Positions 1 through 10,229 of a stretch of DNA of 64,000 nt are shown piece by piece. The DNA is taken from the IMG/VR virus record IMGVR_UViG_3300042340_000379, positions 62,001 to 126,000 of that record; one strand, given 5' to 3'. Each line of letters starts with the position of its first letter. The stretch's first letter is position 1. Position numbers and translations under genes: made by a program. The notes under the pieces were generated by a model, which was not told the DNA's origin, made no database searches, and saw only the letters and a list, made by a program, of their open reading frames with translations.

Positions 1-10
1 TGACCCCTCA

Positions 11-820
11 ATGATGTCAGAACTCAGTAATGTTCACTGGGTTTCTCCAGCTCCTATTACTGGGGAGTCCGAATACAAAGCGGCTCAGCACGCTGTCGAG
101 TCTGTCTTTGAAGCTCCATTTGGCTACGGCTCTGACGGACATCTTTTTCTTGTATTCGAGGAAGCGCAGCAACTACGAAATGACACCCTAACTAAACTGC
201 TGCAGTTTGGTGATGTAGACTGCATCGGTAACCATCTAACAATTATTCTTCTATCCATGTCTCCAGAGCGGATTGAGAGCGATATCCGCCAGGCGTTTAG
301 AGGCAGGGGTCAAGAGATCCAACTGCCTAAACCGTCTACCCGACAGCTAAAAGAATACTTGCAAGAAAACTTTCCCGACATGCCAGAGGAAAGTTGTGAT
401 CTAATCTCGAAATACACACAAAACTATCGAGATGCTTTGTCTCGAGTTGAAGTAGCCCAACATTTAGACAAAAAGCTAAGACCAGAAATGGTGGCTATTT
501 CTATTCAACAAATCCCCCGCCAACGGCGATTGGAAATCTGGGAGAAGCTCGCTAACAAATTCACTAAGCGGGCTGACCTTAGAACACTAATTGAAGATAC
601 CGCTGAACAAGTAGACGCCCGTGCGCTGCTGAATCAAATGCTGCAAGACGCTGAAGAAGCATCTGAGACTTTTGAGAACGATATATTTCTTAATCAGTTG
701 TTTATTCAGGTAAGTCAAAACTGGGCATTTATGAAACCTTACAACCTTCTAGTCCAACTAGTAGATCACCCAATCGCCCAACTTACTGTCGATTATCTTG
801 CTGACCTATGCAATCAATAA
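11..820 (+). CDS. Clamp-loader-like (DnaX/HolB-type AAA+) protein, probably 5'-truncated by the window edge
   Basis: LFLVFEEAQQLRNDTLTKLLQ resembles the DnaX/HolB Walker B region (IIDEAHxL...NALLK). The frame is open back to position 2 and no Walker A is visible. Confidence 0.5.
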   Translation: MMSELSNVHWVSPAPITGESEYKAAQHAVESVFEAPFGYGSDGHLFLVFEEAQQLRNDTLTKLLQFGDVDCIGNHLTIILLSMSPERIESDIRQAFRGRGQEIQLPKPSTRQLKEYLQENFPDMPEESCDLISKYTQNYRDALSRVEVAQHLDKKLRPEMVAISIQQIPRQRRLEIWEKLANKFTKRADLRTLIEDTAEQVDARALLNQMLQDAEEASETFENDIFLNQLFIQVSQNWAFMKPYNLLVQLVDHPIAQLTVDYLADLCNQ

Positions 821-1815
821 GAGAAAGCTTAGAGCCAGGGGTTCTATATCTAGTCACCGGCTCAGCCCAGCAAGTTCGCTATCTTTTGCCTAATCTACCA
901 ATAGAGCACCTCTATAAGCCAACAACTCAACAGTTCTCCAGAGCTGTAACTGATTCAAGAGAAGAAGAAACGCTGGTTATCATCCAGCCTGACCAGCGAG
1001 TGTATCCAAAGCGTAAAGGAAAGAAAACCACCGAGGCGGATTACAAATATGGATTGCCCCAAGCGTTTGAAGATGAACCTGACCCCGCCGCTTATTTCTT
1101 TATATGCTGCGGGATAGATGCCAAGTCATTCTACAAAAAGTTAGAGGGTGGGCCATACCAGCAACTTGACCTTACAAAGGAGTCCTATGACCTCAAAGAA
1201 CTCGCGCCAGACTCAGACATTCCCAACCTTGAGCAGGCGGCAACAGATTATAGACTTTATCCAACTGGTTTTCTCAACTATCTGGTAAGTTACCCAAACA
1301 TTCAAAGTGATACGGTAACCTATTGGGCAGAGCAGTTCATCCAAGCGCTAGCCGCTGGGCCTCGGCAAGTTGCTCAAATCCCGGCGAGTGAATTGCGCCA
1401 GTACTGTCTTGACCATCTATCCATTAGAGTAGAGACAGAGAATGACCAAGAGGTCTATAGAACCAGCATCCTGTTCAAAAACATGACCGCCGCGTTGGGG
1501 CTAGGAAAGAAAAATCTTGTACCATACAAAAGCTCTCCCTGGGGAGCGCATCAAGAACTCGCTGTCTACATCGGCCCTTTCCTAGAGCTAGCATCAACCA
1601 GGTATCGAAGCAATCCTAAGTTACCTGTAATGGCGTTTGCCAGGTGGGTAGCTGCCGCAAGTAGAGAAACAGGTTATAACAATGGCCTTTCCTTTTACAC
1701 AACAGCGAAAGGTATACGGTACAGTCAATTCAGACCTTCGAGCCAGGCTAAGGAAGCGTGGGCGATACTACTCACACAGCTTCAAAATCCAGTACAATTA
1801 ATAAAGGAACCATAG
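808..1815 (+). CDS. Hypothetical replication protein, possibly HolA (delta)-like
   Basis: N-terminal LEPGVLYLVTGS resembles the HolA start; overlaps the DnaX-like gene. Confidence 0.3.
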   Translation: MQSIRESLEPGVLYLVTGSAQQVRYLLPNLPIEHLYKPTTQQFSRAVTDSREEETLVIIQPDQRVYPKRKGKKTTEADYKYGLPQAFEDEPDPAAYFFICCGIDAKSFYKKLEGGPYQQLDLTKESYDLKELAPDSDIPNLEQAATDYRLYPTGFLNYLVSYPNIQSDTVTYWAEQFIQALAAGPRQVAQIPASELRQYCLDHLSIRVETENDQEVYRTSILFKNMTAALGLGKKNLVPYKSSPWGAHQELAVYIGPFLELASTRYRSNPKLPVMAFARWVAAASRETGYNNGLSFYTTAKGIRYSQFRPSSQAKEAWAILLTQLQNPVQLIKEP

Positions 1816-1823
1816 AAAATATT

Positions 1824-3509
1824 ATGACTTCAGAACTCGCTACCGTCCAAAATTTAGGCGCTCTTACAACAGAGCAGAAGTCTCAGCTCGCCAATCTCAT
1901 CGGCGTTGATGGAACTAAGTTAGAACGACTCCTCAAGTCTAATCCATCGGCTGTTATCAAGAAAATGAACCTGCTGAAAAATGCAGGCAGTGAAGGCGGT
2001 ACTCTCGACGTTTATACTTTCCCAGTCGTCAAACCTACAAAGGAAGGCTTTCTTGATTTTATTTGGAACGAACGCGACAACGAAGCTGAGCCGGGTAAGA
2101 AAACTGTCAAGTCTTCTAAGTTCAATACCACTCGTCGATTCTTCAAAGTTAGTATTGACGGTAAGAAGAAGTACATTTCTCACCGCTTTGTAGGATTCTC
2201 TGGTGACCCTATTGAGATGAAGCTAACTGCCCGCATGGGAGCAGGCAAAGATCAAGTTGATGTGTTGGAAGGCGAAAACCCTTGGACTCGCTGCCAGAGC
2301 ATTAGATCCGTACAATTCGGCGCGACCAAAAATGACCCTTATCCCCTAGACCCCTCAGTAATAAGTTGGGATCACTTTACTTTTAAGAAAGACAGTGACA
2401 AAAACACTATTCTTGTTGAGCGCGACGAAGACGGAAAAATCACGGGTGAAATTGTCCTTAAGAGCGAAGACTTCGCTGACGCCAAATCTCTAAGCGAAGC
2501 AATCAGACTTGGTGAGCGTGCAGTAAATCATGGCAAAGTGTTTACCGAATTTGGGGTTCAGCTCTTTGGTCGCCCTGATCCTGTGTGGGCTAAGCGCATG
2601 GGTCAAGATGAAGGCATACGTAGCTGCGAAACTTGTCTTGCCAACTCCTGGTTCCAAGAGCGGGACAAAAAGGGGGCTTGGAATCGTTGCGGCATTGAAG
2701 GTTCTGCCTTCTTCCTAGTGCGGGAACTTCTCATGCCCCATCCCATATCTGCTGATGATTTGGACGAAATTACCCATAGCTGGGTAAAAGTCGAAGATTT
2801 GCATCAGTATGGTGTTGAAGGGATTAATGGCCCATTTGTTGTCATGATCCAAATCTCAAACTCGAACTTCAAGTCCACTGAGGGCATTGGCGAAAAAGGA
2901 TATAGAGCAGTACCTAATGAAATGGTGCCTATGCCCAATAAGTACGCTAAGTCACCCGCCCAGTACTGGCGGGACATTCAGAAATTCGATCCTAATCGCT
3001 TTGACCCATTTGCTGAAATTGAAGATGGCCATGCACTTCCTAACTTTCTCGCCGCCCCTACCATCATTCAGCTAGCAAAGCGTACTGACACTGAGTTGGG
3101 TACAGGTTATGTTATCGTCGCTAGCAAAGACGAGCATGAAGGCATCCAAAGTGAAGCAGTCCAGCGTGCCATGCACGCTAACGTGACTTACCTTTGGGAG
3201 AAGTCACTGTCAGCGGGTAATGAAAAGCCTGAAGACCGTCCCAAGTTTGAGACTGAGTTTTATCATGCTGATGAAAACAAAGTCCAAAAAGAAGAAACGG
3301 CGATCGAGGGAGTTGAAACTGTCAACCAAGAAGAACTAGAGGACTTCTTAGACGACGATGATGAAGACAATGTGGCTGTAACCGTTAATCCTAAAGTCGT
3401 CGCCGCGATTGAGGAAGATGACGATGAAGAGGACACAGATCTCTACGAGGTTCTTATCACCGGCTCAGCAGCCAAAAAAGCAGCCGCTAACAATGGCACA
3501 GCTGTTTAA
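1824..3509 (+). CDS. Putative ssDNA-binding/recombination protein with acidic tail
   Basis: ATG at 1824 preferred over the track start at 1758. Cys cluster (CETC...RCG), very acidic C-terminus, replication-module context. Confidence 0.35.
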   Translation: MTSELATVQNLGALTTEQKSQLANLIGVDGTKLERLLKSNPSAVIKKMNLLKNAGSEGGTLDVYTFPVVKPTKEGFLDFIWNERDNEAEPGKKTVKSSKFNTTRRFFKVSIDGKKKYISHRFVGFSGDPIEMKLTARMGAGKDQVDVLEGENPWTRCQSIRSVQFGATKNDPYPLDPSVISWDHFTFKKDSDKNTILVERDEDGKITGEIVLKSEDFADAKSLSEAIRLGERAVNHGKVFTEFGVQLFGRPDPVWAKRMGQDEGIRSCETCLANSWFQERDKKGAWNRCGIEGSAFFLVRELLMPHPISADDLDEITHSWVKVEDLHQYGVEGINGPFVVMIQISNSNFKSTEGIGEKGYRAVPNEMVPMPNKYAKSPAQYWRDIQKFDPNRFDPFAEIEDGHALPNFLAAPTIIQLAKRTDTELGTGYVIVASKDEHEGIQSEAVQRAMHANVTYLWEKSLSAGNEKPEDRPKFETEFYHADENKVQKEETAIEGVETVNQEELEDFLDDDDEDNVAVTVNPKVVAAIEEDDDEEDTDLYEVLITGSAAKKAAANNGTAV

Positions 3510-3532
3510 GTAAGCTACAACTGCAACACTAT

Positions 3533-3559
3533 AGGGGGCCCTCGCCCCCTTTATTTTTT
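3533..3559 (+). terminator. Intrinsic terminator
   Basis: AGGGGGC-CCTC-GCCCCCT stem-loop followed by TTATTTTTT. Confidence 0.8.
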
Positions 3560-3570
3560 AGAAAAAACCC

Positions 3571-5133
3571 ATGACTCACATAAACTATGACGGGCACCTC
3601 TGCTCTTTAATTGACGCTCCCCCAGCCGTTGAAGACGAACTAAAGCAAACGCTTCAATACGTCAACACGTCAGAGATGGGGGAACACATACAGCGTTATG
3701 GTCTGACCCAAGACCAAGCGCGAGAAAAGGCAACCCATTTTATGTATAAGAATGGGTACTTTCTTAGCGGTTACTTACCAAGGGTCAAAAAGATTCTAAA
3801 GGCTCATGGCGTTAAACCTACAGTTACTTATTTGCACGACGCGCCAGAGTTTGTTGACTACGACTTTGATGAACTTCTCCATCGGCTAGAACTTGATAAA
3901 GTAGAGCACCAAGTTGATCTTCTGGAGACTCTTAAAACCAAAAATAGAGGGATAATCTGGATACCAACAGCAGGTGGCAAAGCGTTCTCAGCAGCGTTTG
4001 AGATTAACTACTTCCCTAACGCTAAGATTCTGGTTACAGTTCCAAAAGAGGATCTCCAAGTTCAGCTAATGGACACCCTGTCGTTAGTGTTAAACGAGCC
4101 TATTGGCAAGTTAGGTGGGAAAGGAAAAAACAAAATGGAGCGAGTGACCGTCGCCACACTACAAACAGCCTCTAAGAAACCAGAACTTCTAGAAGATATT
4201 CAAGTATGGGTGGCTGACGAATGCCACGAAATGCCTGAGATGCAGGAAAAGATTTCTGCTGCCATGCCTCAATGCGCGATTCGTTTTGGCTTCACAGCTA
4301 CTCCAAAACGTAAGGATGGAGCGCACTTTAAGATTGAGGGCATTCAAGGGCCAATTATCTACAAGACAACCCGGTCAGAACTAGAAGAGAATGGGTTTAT
4401 TCTAAAACCTTCCTTCTACAACGTTCGGTTTGTACACGAAGACACACGGCAGATTCCGTTTAGTAACGCGATTTCGATAGGAAGTAGTGGATATATCTAC
4501 CATGATAGGTTTGGACGACTCTCTAAACCTAACGAGGCAGAGCATCATGTTACTACTATCATGGAAAATCATGATAGAAACGACATGATCATAGAGCTAT
4601 TTACGTCGTTTCTAGAGTGGCCGGATAGAACCGGGCCTGGAGCCATATTCACAGGAAGAGTTGGACATGCAGAAGCGCTCGCCCGTCGCTTACGAGACTT
4701 GAAATATGATGCATTTGCAATTTCAGCCCCGAGAAACAAAGCAGAAAGAGAATTGCAAAAAGAGGTAATCAAAAAAGCACGCTGTTCAGATATTGACGCG
4801 GTCATTGCCGCTGATATTCTAAATACAGGAACTGACATTCGGACTTTACAATTTGCTCTTATGGCTGAGAGTTGTGCTAACCACACAATTATTACCCAGC
4901 GCATTGGGCGTATCTTACGTTCACCCCGAAACGGGGAAGTAAAATCTGGTGCGTATGTTGTGTTCATTGAAGACGATGAGTACTGGTGGCTAAACGCCAG
5001 AGCTGGGAAAGCCAAAGAGTTTATCAAAACAGAGTTTCCAGACTCACCTATGTATAATATGTCCGTTGACCAATTCAAAAAGCACTTCTTATGCTCTCAG
5101 AAACAATTGAGTTTAACGGGCCAATCCCGCTAG
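3571..5133 (+). CDS. Superfamily 2 DNA helicase (UvsW-like)
   Basis: Motifs I (PTAGGK), II (DECH), III (TAT) and VI (QRIGR). Confidence 0.9.
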   Translation: MTHINYDGHLCSLIDAPPAVEDELKQTLQYVNTSEMGEHIQRYGLTQDQAREKATHFMYKNGYFLSGYLPRVKKILKAHGVKPTVTYLHDAPEFVDYDFDELLHRLELDKVEHQVDLLETLKTKNRGIIWIPTAGGKAFSAAFEINYFPNAKILVTVPKEDLQVQLMDTLSLVLNEPIGKLGGKGKNKMERVTVATLQTASKKPELLEDIQVWVADECHEMPEMQEKISAAMPQCAIRFGFTATPKRKDGAHFKIEGIQGPIIYKTTRSELEENGFILKPSFYNVRFVHEDTRQIPFSNAISIGSSGYIYHDRFGRLSKPNEAEHHVTTIMENHDRNDMIIELFTSFLEWPDRTGPGAIFTGRVGHAEALARRLRDLKYDAFAISAPRNKAERELQKEVIKKARCSDIDAVIAADILNTGTDIRTLQFALMAESCANHTIITQRIGRILRSPRNGEVKSGAYVVFIEDDEYWWLNARAGKAKEFIKTEFPDSPMYNMSVDQFKKHFLCSQKQLSLTGQSR

Positions 5134-5285
5134 ACAAAGATGCAATTGCAGCTGCCATACTAATTAAATTAGCCAGTAGCTGCGGGCGTGATCAAGAAGC
5201 TTGGCTAGAAGCTGCTCAGTTTCCAGGTAAGCCAAGATCTATACTAGTAAATGCGATTGATTACCTCCCTGAACTCGCCAAATGA
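5091..5285 (+). CDS. Hypothetical protein
   Basis: Fills the gap between helicase and thyA; ATGA overlap with thyA. Confidence 0.5.
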   Translation: MLSETIEFNGPIPLDKDAIAAAILIKLASSCGRDQEAWLEAAQFPGKPRSILVNAIDYLPELAK

Positions 5286-6226
5286 TGAAAACCCTTGCCC
5301 CTCTTTTTTCCAATACTGACACTGTGTTTGTTGACATCGTTAACACAATCCACGGTTACGGAACCTGGGAAAAGAATCATACTGGCGTGGATGCTCTGAC
5401 TGTATTTGGCTTAAGTTACCGACTCAAAATTCGGGAGCAAGCTTTCCCTATTCTTACACTCAAGGAAACTAAGTGGAAAGCTGCTCTCATTGAGTTGATT
5501 TGGTATCTCTCAGGAGACCAAAGCATTAAAGAGTTCAGAAACTACTCCAAGATTTGGGATCAATGGGCAGATCCTGATGGCCAACTAGAATCAGCTTATG
5601 GACGCTACTGGAAATCTTACCCCTTACCAGCCCAGTACGTAGGGCGGATTAAAGGAGAAACTAAACATCTTGTCAAAGGCGAGGCGTTTCCTGCAAGCGA
5701 TCATAATGCTGTCAAGTTTAAGGATGGGCTATTTGTCTTTGACCAAGTGACCCATCTAATCAACACACTCAAGCAGCAAGAACGATCGCGCCGAATGATT
5801 ATCTCGGCCTGGTATCCCCCTAATGCTGCTGTAAGTAAACTTCCGGCTTGCCACCACACCGTTACATTCTCTACCCAAATAATTGGTGGGGTAAAAAGGC
5901 TCAACCTACATCTTAATCAACGCTCGATGGATGTTGGGCTTGGGTTTTCCTTTAATCAAGTAGCCTACTCTATTCTGCTATTATTAGTTGCAAGGGAAAC
6001 AGGCTATGAACCTGGTGAGTTTTGGCACACTATTACTGATGCCCATATTTATAAAGACCATCTTGACCCTCTGTTAGAGTGCATCAAGCGGCCCGCGCAT
6101 AACATGCCGTCTATTAAAATCCCGGACGGACTCAGCGTCCTAAATTTAGGCTACGACGACGCGAAGAAGTTTGAATTAGAAGATTACACGTTTGAGCCCT
6201 TTATCAAACTAAAGTCTCATGAGTAA
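5282..6226 (+). CDS. thyA: Thymidylate synthase
   Basis: Catalytic LPACH, QRSMDVGLG...FN, DAHIY. Confidence 0.95.
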   Translation: MMKTLAPLFSNTDTVFVDIVNTIHGYGTWEKNHTGVDALTVFGLSYRLKIREQAFPILTLKETKWKAALIELIWYLSGDQSIKEFRNYSKIWDQWADPDGQLESAYGRYWKSYPLPAQYVGRIKGETKHLVKGEAFPASDHNAVKFKDGLFVFDQVTHLINTLKQQERSRRMIISAWYPPNAAVSKLPACHHTVTFSTQIIGGVKRLNLHLNQRSMDVGLGFSFNQVAYSILLLLVARETGYEPGEFWHTITDAHIYKDHLDPLLECIKRPAHNMPSIKIPDGLSVLNLGYDDAKKFELEDYTFEPFIKLKSHE

Positions 6227-6272
6227 TTAGCTGCGCTTTATACAAACCTTTATGTTTAATTAAATTCTGCAA

Positions 6273-6782
6273 ATGCAACTAATTATCATCGCGGCGATCG
6301 ATTCAAAAGACGGCCTTGGTAAAAACAACAAGCTTGCCTGGAGCTATCCCCAAGACCTACATAGATTCAAGATGACAACCTTAAATCACACTGTAGTCAT
6401 GGGCCGGAAAACTTGGGAGTCATTACCCAAAGCTCTGCCCGGTCGCCGCAATGTTGTAATTACACGGAACCCAGCCAAAGCGTTCGCTGATTACTACAAG
6501 GGGGATACTTCCCACGAAAAACTCCCCGCCGAGTTTTACAATAACCCCCTTCACCCAGACATCTTTGACTCTCCCTTCCAGCTATTAGAGAAAATCTTTT
6601 ACATAGGGGGAGCTGAAATATACAAGCAAGTCATTAATGAAGTAGACCAGCTCCTACTAACCAGAGTGCCGGGAGATCATAACTGCGATGCTTTCTTTCC
6701 AACCATTCCAGTTGGGTTCGCTTTATCTAGTTCAGAATTAAACCCCCCGCTAACCTATGAGCTTTACAAGAGAAGAGATTGA
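6273..6782 (+). CDS. folA: Dihydrofolate reductase
   Basis: GLGKNNKLAW..PQDL..F, MGRKTWESLP..LPGRRNVV, IGGAEIY, DAFFP. Confidence 0.95.
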   Translation: MQLIIIAAIDSKDGLGKNNKLAWSYPQDLHRFKMTTLNHTVVMGRKTWESLPKALPGRRNVVITRNPAKAFADYYKGDTSHEKLPAEFYNNPLHPDIFDSPFQLLEKIFYIGGAEIYKQVINEVDQLLLTRVPGDHNCDAFFPTIPVGFALSSSELNPPLTYELYKRRD

Positions 6783-7953
6783 GGCCATTAAGAATGATGT
6801 ATCGCTAACTCGAGCCGCCGCCTTTTATAAAATCCCGGTCACAAAAGGACATAGTCGAGGAGGAGGAAATCGAGAGCCCTGCCCGCTATGCCAATCTAGA
6901 ACAGGGTTTGTCACAACCAACGATCGCAACTGGAATTGCTATAGCTGCGGTCAGCATGGAGATGTGTTTACCTTAGTTGGCCTGTGTACAGGAGGAAATG
7001 AGTTCTCCAAAGTAATCCGGCTATCATCAAAGCAGCTAAAGAAAGATGAAACCATTCGGTTGTCTGGAATGGCTGCTGTGTTTAAGCTCTATCAACAAGA
7101 AATTAGACCAGAGCATCTTGAGTATTTTGAAGAGCGCGGGATTCAATTAAAAACTGACGACTGTGGTTTTGCCCCAAGCACCACGTTTCTTCAAGACAAG
7201 GGCTACTCTAAAGAAAATATTGACAAACTCGGGCTATGGTCTGACAGCCAAAAAGAGTTGTTTGAGAATAGAATTGTCTTTCCTATTAAAGATTTCAATG
7301 GTTTCATTACCCATTTTCAAGGGCGCAGTCTAGACCCTAACGAAAAGCTACGATGGAAAGGGTCAAAGGGGGGGCTCCACTCTATTCACGAAATGCTTTA
7401 CAACGCCCATAAACGCTTTAGCAATAAGCACCCGCTGTTTATTACAGAAGGAATTACAGATACTAAATCTCTAGAAACGCTAAGAATGCAAGCGTTAGGC
7501 ACCCTAGGATTAGGGCAGCGGCTAGATGGCTACGCAAATTTGTTAGCCGGACATTCCCTCTACTTTATCTATGACAATACAAAGAAACCCATTGGTCAGA
7601 AAGATGCGGGGAAAGACGTGTCATGGAGCGCTATGCTTCCTAGCATTATTAACCTGCACGCTGCTAGGGGCCCAGGTAGAATCTACTGCCTAAAGATTCC
7701 GCGCTACTCAGGTGTGGAGGATGTTAATGACTTTGCTAACTACATAAACTGGAACTCCAAATACTTTATCCAGTTCGTGAAAGAGAGTCGAGTCTCTATT
7801 GGGCGGTTTGCGCTGGAGTCAAGTTTACCGCTAGAATTAATAGGCAAAGCTGTGGGAGTGAATAAAATCCCAGCTGAGCTAGACGAGTTTTGGGCAAGAG
7901 TGCGTCGTGAGAAAGGTTCGGTTAAACATTACTTATTGGAACTGTTATGCTAA
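6757..7953 (+). CDS. DnaG-like primase
   Basis: N-terminal Zn finger (CPLC...CYSC), RIVFPI...FQGR, TOPRIM ITEGITD, EDVND. Confidence 0.85.
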   Translation: MSFTREEIEAIKNDVSLTRAAAFYKIPVTKGHSRGGGNREPCPLCQSRTGFVTTNDRNWNCYSCGQHGDVFTLVGLCTGGNEFSKVIRLSSKQLKKDETIRLSGMAAVFKLYQQEIRPEHLEYFEERGIQLKTDDCGFAPSTTFLQDKGYSKENIDKLGLWSDSQKELFENRIVFPIKDFNGFITHFQGRSLDPNEKLRWKGSKGGLHSIHEMLYNAHKRFSNKHPLFITEGITDTKSLETLRMQALGTLGLGQRLDGYANLLAGHSLYFIYDNTKKPIGQKDAGKDVSWSAMLPSIINLHAARGPGRIYCLKIPRYSGVEDVNDFANYINWNSKYFIQFVKESRVSIGRFALESSLPLELIGKAVGVNKIPAELDEFWARVRREKGSVKHYLLELLC

Positions 7954-8225
7954 CTTTTGACAAAGAAGCCGCTCTTAAAGAGATGGACATCATCTGGCTC
8001 ATAGATAACGGCTGGACAACAGGAGGAAATCTAGCCTTCCGGCATATTCTGCATGAGATGAACAATAGTCTTCCAGACGGAGGCATTCAGACAGAACGCA
8101 TAGAACAGATTATCATTCAGTATGGGGCCGAGAACCAGACTGAAAAAATTAAACAGTCCTTAAGAGAACTCATTCAACTAAAAGCGGAACTTTCCACTAT
8201 AAGGTTCAACCGAAATGAAAACTAA
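7947..8225 (+). CDS. Hypothetical protein
   Basis: Tightly packed ORF in the operon. Confidence 0.55.
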   Translation: MLTFDKEAALKEMDIIWLIDNGWTTGGNLAFRHILHEMNNSLPDGGIQTERIEQIIIQYGAENQTEKIKQSLRELIQLKAELSTIRFNRNEN

Positions 8226-8246
8226 ATATACCCTTCTGGAATTACT

Positions 8247-8477
8247 ATGAAATTGAAATACATTGTCACGTTTCTTGTCGCTTTAATACTAACCGTCTTC
8301 TTTGCTCATGCTCTTGTTGAGTTAGCTGGGGGCGTTCTCTATTTTAAGGATGGCCCAGTAACTCTCAACCCTCCTGACAGCCTACTATTCCATGCAATTT
8401 GGGTACTCATGTCTTGGTGTTTTGCCTCTCTCGTTTTCTTTATCTGGAGTGTTGTTGAGGTAGTCCTGAAGAAGTGA
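8247..8477 (+). CDS. Small two-TM membrane protein
   Basis: Two hydrophobic segments; GTGA overlap with the next gene. Confidence 0.6.
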   Translation: MKLKYIVTFLVALILTVFFAHALVELAGGVLYFKDGPVTLNPPDSLLFHAIWVLMSWCFASLVFFIWSVVEVVLKK

Positions 8478-9343
8478 TCTACGCTGCAGCCTACGGTGCA
8501 AAAGTTGCAGCGGGCCCAGGCGTTGTGGCTGTCGTGAAATTCCTTAAACCTTTTAGTCTACCTAAGAGAGTTTTAAGGAACGACATTGATGCGCTAGAAG
8601 AGTATCTTGACCAGATAAAGGTTGGAGAAGATTACGAATCTGATTACCATATGGTTGCGGTGGAAGCGATCGACCGGCTGGGCTACTCTCAAGCTGTATC
8701 TGAAGCCACAAACTTTCTTGTTTCAAAGTTTCAGATGCAGCATCATGACTATGAGACAGTCAGGCTAGCCAAAAACAATGAATCCTTCGGCCATATCGGC
8801 GGCAGCTATCTCTACGCCCAAGATGATGAGAGCTTCTTCGCGTCCTCTTTAGCCAAGTACTATCAGATGTGGTGGATGAAATATTACTTCCACTGCTTCT
8901 ACAAGCAATATGGTTGGGACACTAACTACGGATGGCCGACTCGAGAGCACCAGATTGTTATGCTACAAGAAGGGCCTGTCTTAGGAGTGCATCGCCGCTC
9001 AGGCCTGCGCCAGCTCGCGGCACGATGGCTCGACCAGTGTAGAAACAATTCTCTATGGGCGCTGTGCCAGCCTTGGCTGAATACGTACCCAAAGTGGTGG
9101 AAAAAAGCGTATCCTGGGTATAGCTTTTGTCATTGGCTAACCAATGAACAAGTCGCTGAGCTTAGAACAATGATGAGCCCAGTGTACGATCCTGAGGTTA
9201 GTCGCTGGATGTCAAGAGAAATTCTAACCCTGGGCCTCTCTCCATCAGAGTGGCATCGTTTTGAATCACGACGGCATCGACCTGTCAAAGAAGTCGAAGA
9301 TACGCCGCGCCCTATATACAGCCCTATTGAAACTCACATATGA
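8474..9343 (+). CDS. Degenerate RNase HII-like protein (catalytic acids missing)
   Basis: AGPGVVAVV, EAIDRLG, ASSLAK and QYGWDTNYGWPTREH...GP...HRRS align with RnhB motifs, but the N-terminal GVDE motif is absent. Confidence 0.65.
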   Translation: MIYAAAYGAKVAAGPGVVAVVKFLKPFSLPKRVLRNDIDALEEYLDQIKVGEDYESDYHMVAVEAIDRLGYSQAVSEATNFLVSKFQMQHHDYETVRLAKNNESFGHIGGSYLYAQDDESFFASSLAKYYQMWWMKYYFHCFYKQYGWDTNYGWPTREHQIVMLQEGPVLGVHRRSGLRQLAARWLDQCRNNSLWALCQPWLNTYPKWWKKAYPGYSFCHWLTNEQVAELRTMMSPVYDPEVSRWMSREILTLGLSPSEWHRFESRRHRPVKEVEDTPRPIYSPIETHI

Positions 9344-9813
9344 AAGAGCTACTCGTTTTTGCAAACACATTCCAAGTTGTTGGCGACCTGGACAATGTTC
9401 TAGATTTTGCGCAGCAACATAGTGAAGAATTTTCTATCAGAGCTATCCTCACAAGCTGTCGCTCGGCCCGAATACTAAAGAGCGCTATGAATAAGCTAGG
9501 AATTGAGATTCCCGTTGGCTATCTGGCTAGCCTAACTGAAATGCCTCTACTAGACGGAAGCTCTGTAATGGCCCCGCTACGAGAATTAGAAGAAGGGAAG
9601 CCTCTCGCTCTAAAAGTTCTATACGCTACAAAAGAAAAGAACCTAAGTCTTGTTCTCATGGCTGGGTTCAGAGATCTTGGCCCGTTAGTCCTTGGATACC
9701 CCGGCTTGATGCGCTCCCGTGTCAAAGAAGTTCATATTCTAAATGGGAGGGTGAACGAAACTCTCAACTTCTTTATTGACAGCAAAGTTCCTATCTTTGA
9801 GAATGTCCTATGA
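9340..9813 (+). CDS. Truncated, degenerate nucleoside-hydrolase-like protein
   Basis: IRAILTS, LGIEIPVG and LVLMAGFRDLG...YP...VKEVHILNG resemble IU-nucleoside hydrolase motifs; DxDxxxDD is eroded. Confidence 0.4.
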   Translation: MKELLVFANTFQVVGDLDNVLDFAQQHSEEFSIRAILTSCRSARILKSAMNKLGIEIPVGYLASLTEMPLLDGSSVMAPLRELEEGKPLALKVLYATKEKNLSLVLMAGFRDLGPLVLGYPGLMRSRVKEVHILNGRVNETLNFFIDSKVPIFENVL

Positions 9814-10220
9814 ACTCATATCTAAAAACTGCTTTATGGACTACGTCTGCCCTGCTGCTGTTTCCAGAGGCTGCACAAGCTGCTAATTTTCCATTATGCT
9901 CTCAAGCTCAACAGGATCTAAGCAGGATGTTCCCAGGTACACAACTTATTCATAAGGTTGGGCCAACAAGAAATAGTTTCTCAACCAGCTTATACATTAG
10001 TGAAACTGAGCAAGTTGATTGGAGCTCTCCAGATATTCCTAATCTGGTAGAAAGTTTCCTCCAGAGCTGTGGCCTCGTTTCTGTTGAGTTTTACTCTATC
10101 CCAGAGGGCGGCGCGACTGACAACTACCTTCTACCTGGCGCGTTTGGTTTAATCGATGGGCGTGTCTACAGAAAACAAACCTGTCTTGATGCCGCTGGTT
10201 TCCTATCCTACTGTGACTAA
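9810..10220 (+). CDS. Putative exported protein
   Basis: Signal-peptide-like N-terminus ending AQA; four Cys. Confidence 0.55.
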   Translation: MNSYLKTALWTTSALLLFPEAAQAANFPLCSQAQQDLSRMFPGTQLIHKVGPTRNSFSTSLYISETEQVDWSSPDIPNLVESFLQSCGLVSVEFYSIPEGGATDNYLLPGAFGLIDGRVYRKQTCLDAAGFLSYCD

Positions 10221-10229
10221 ATAAAACCT

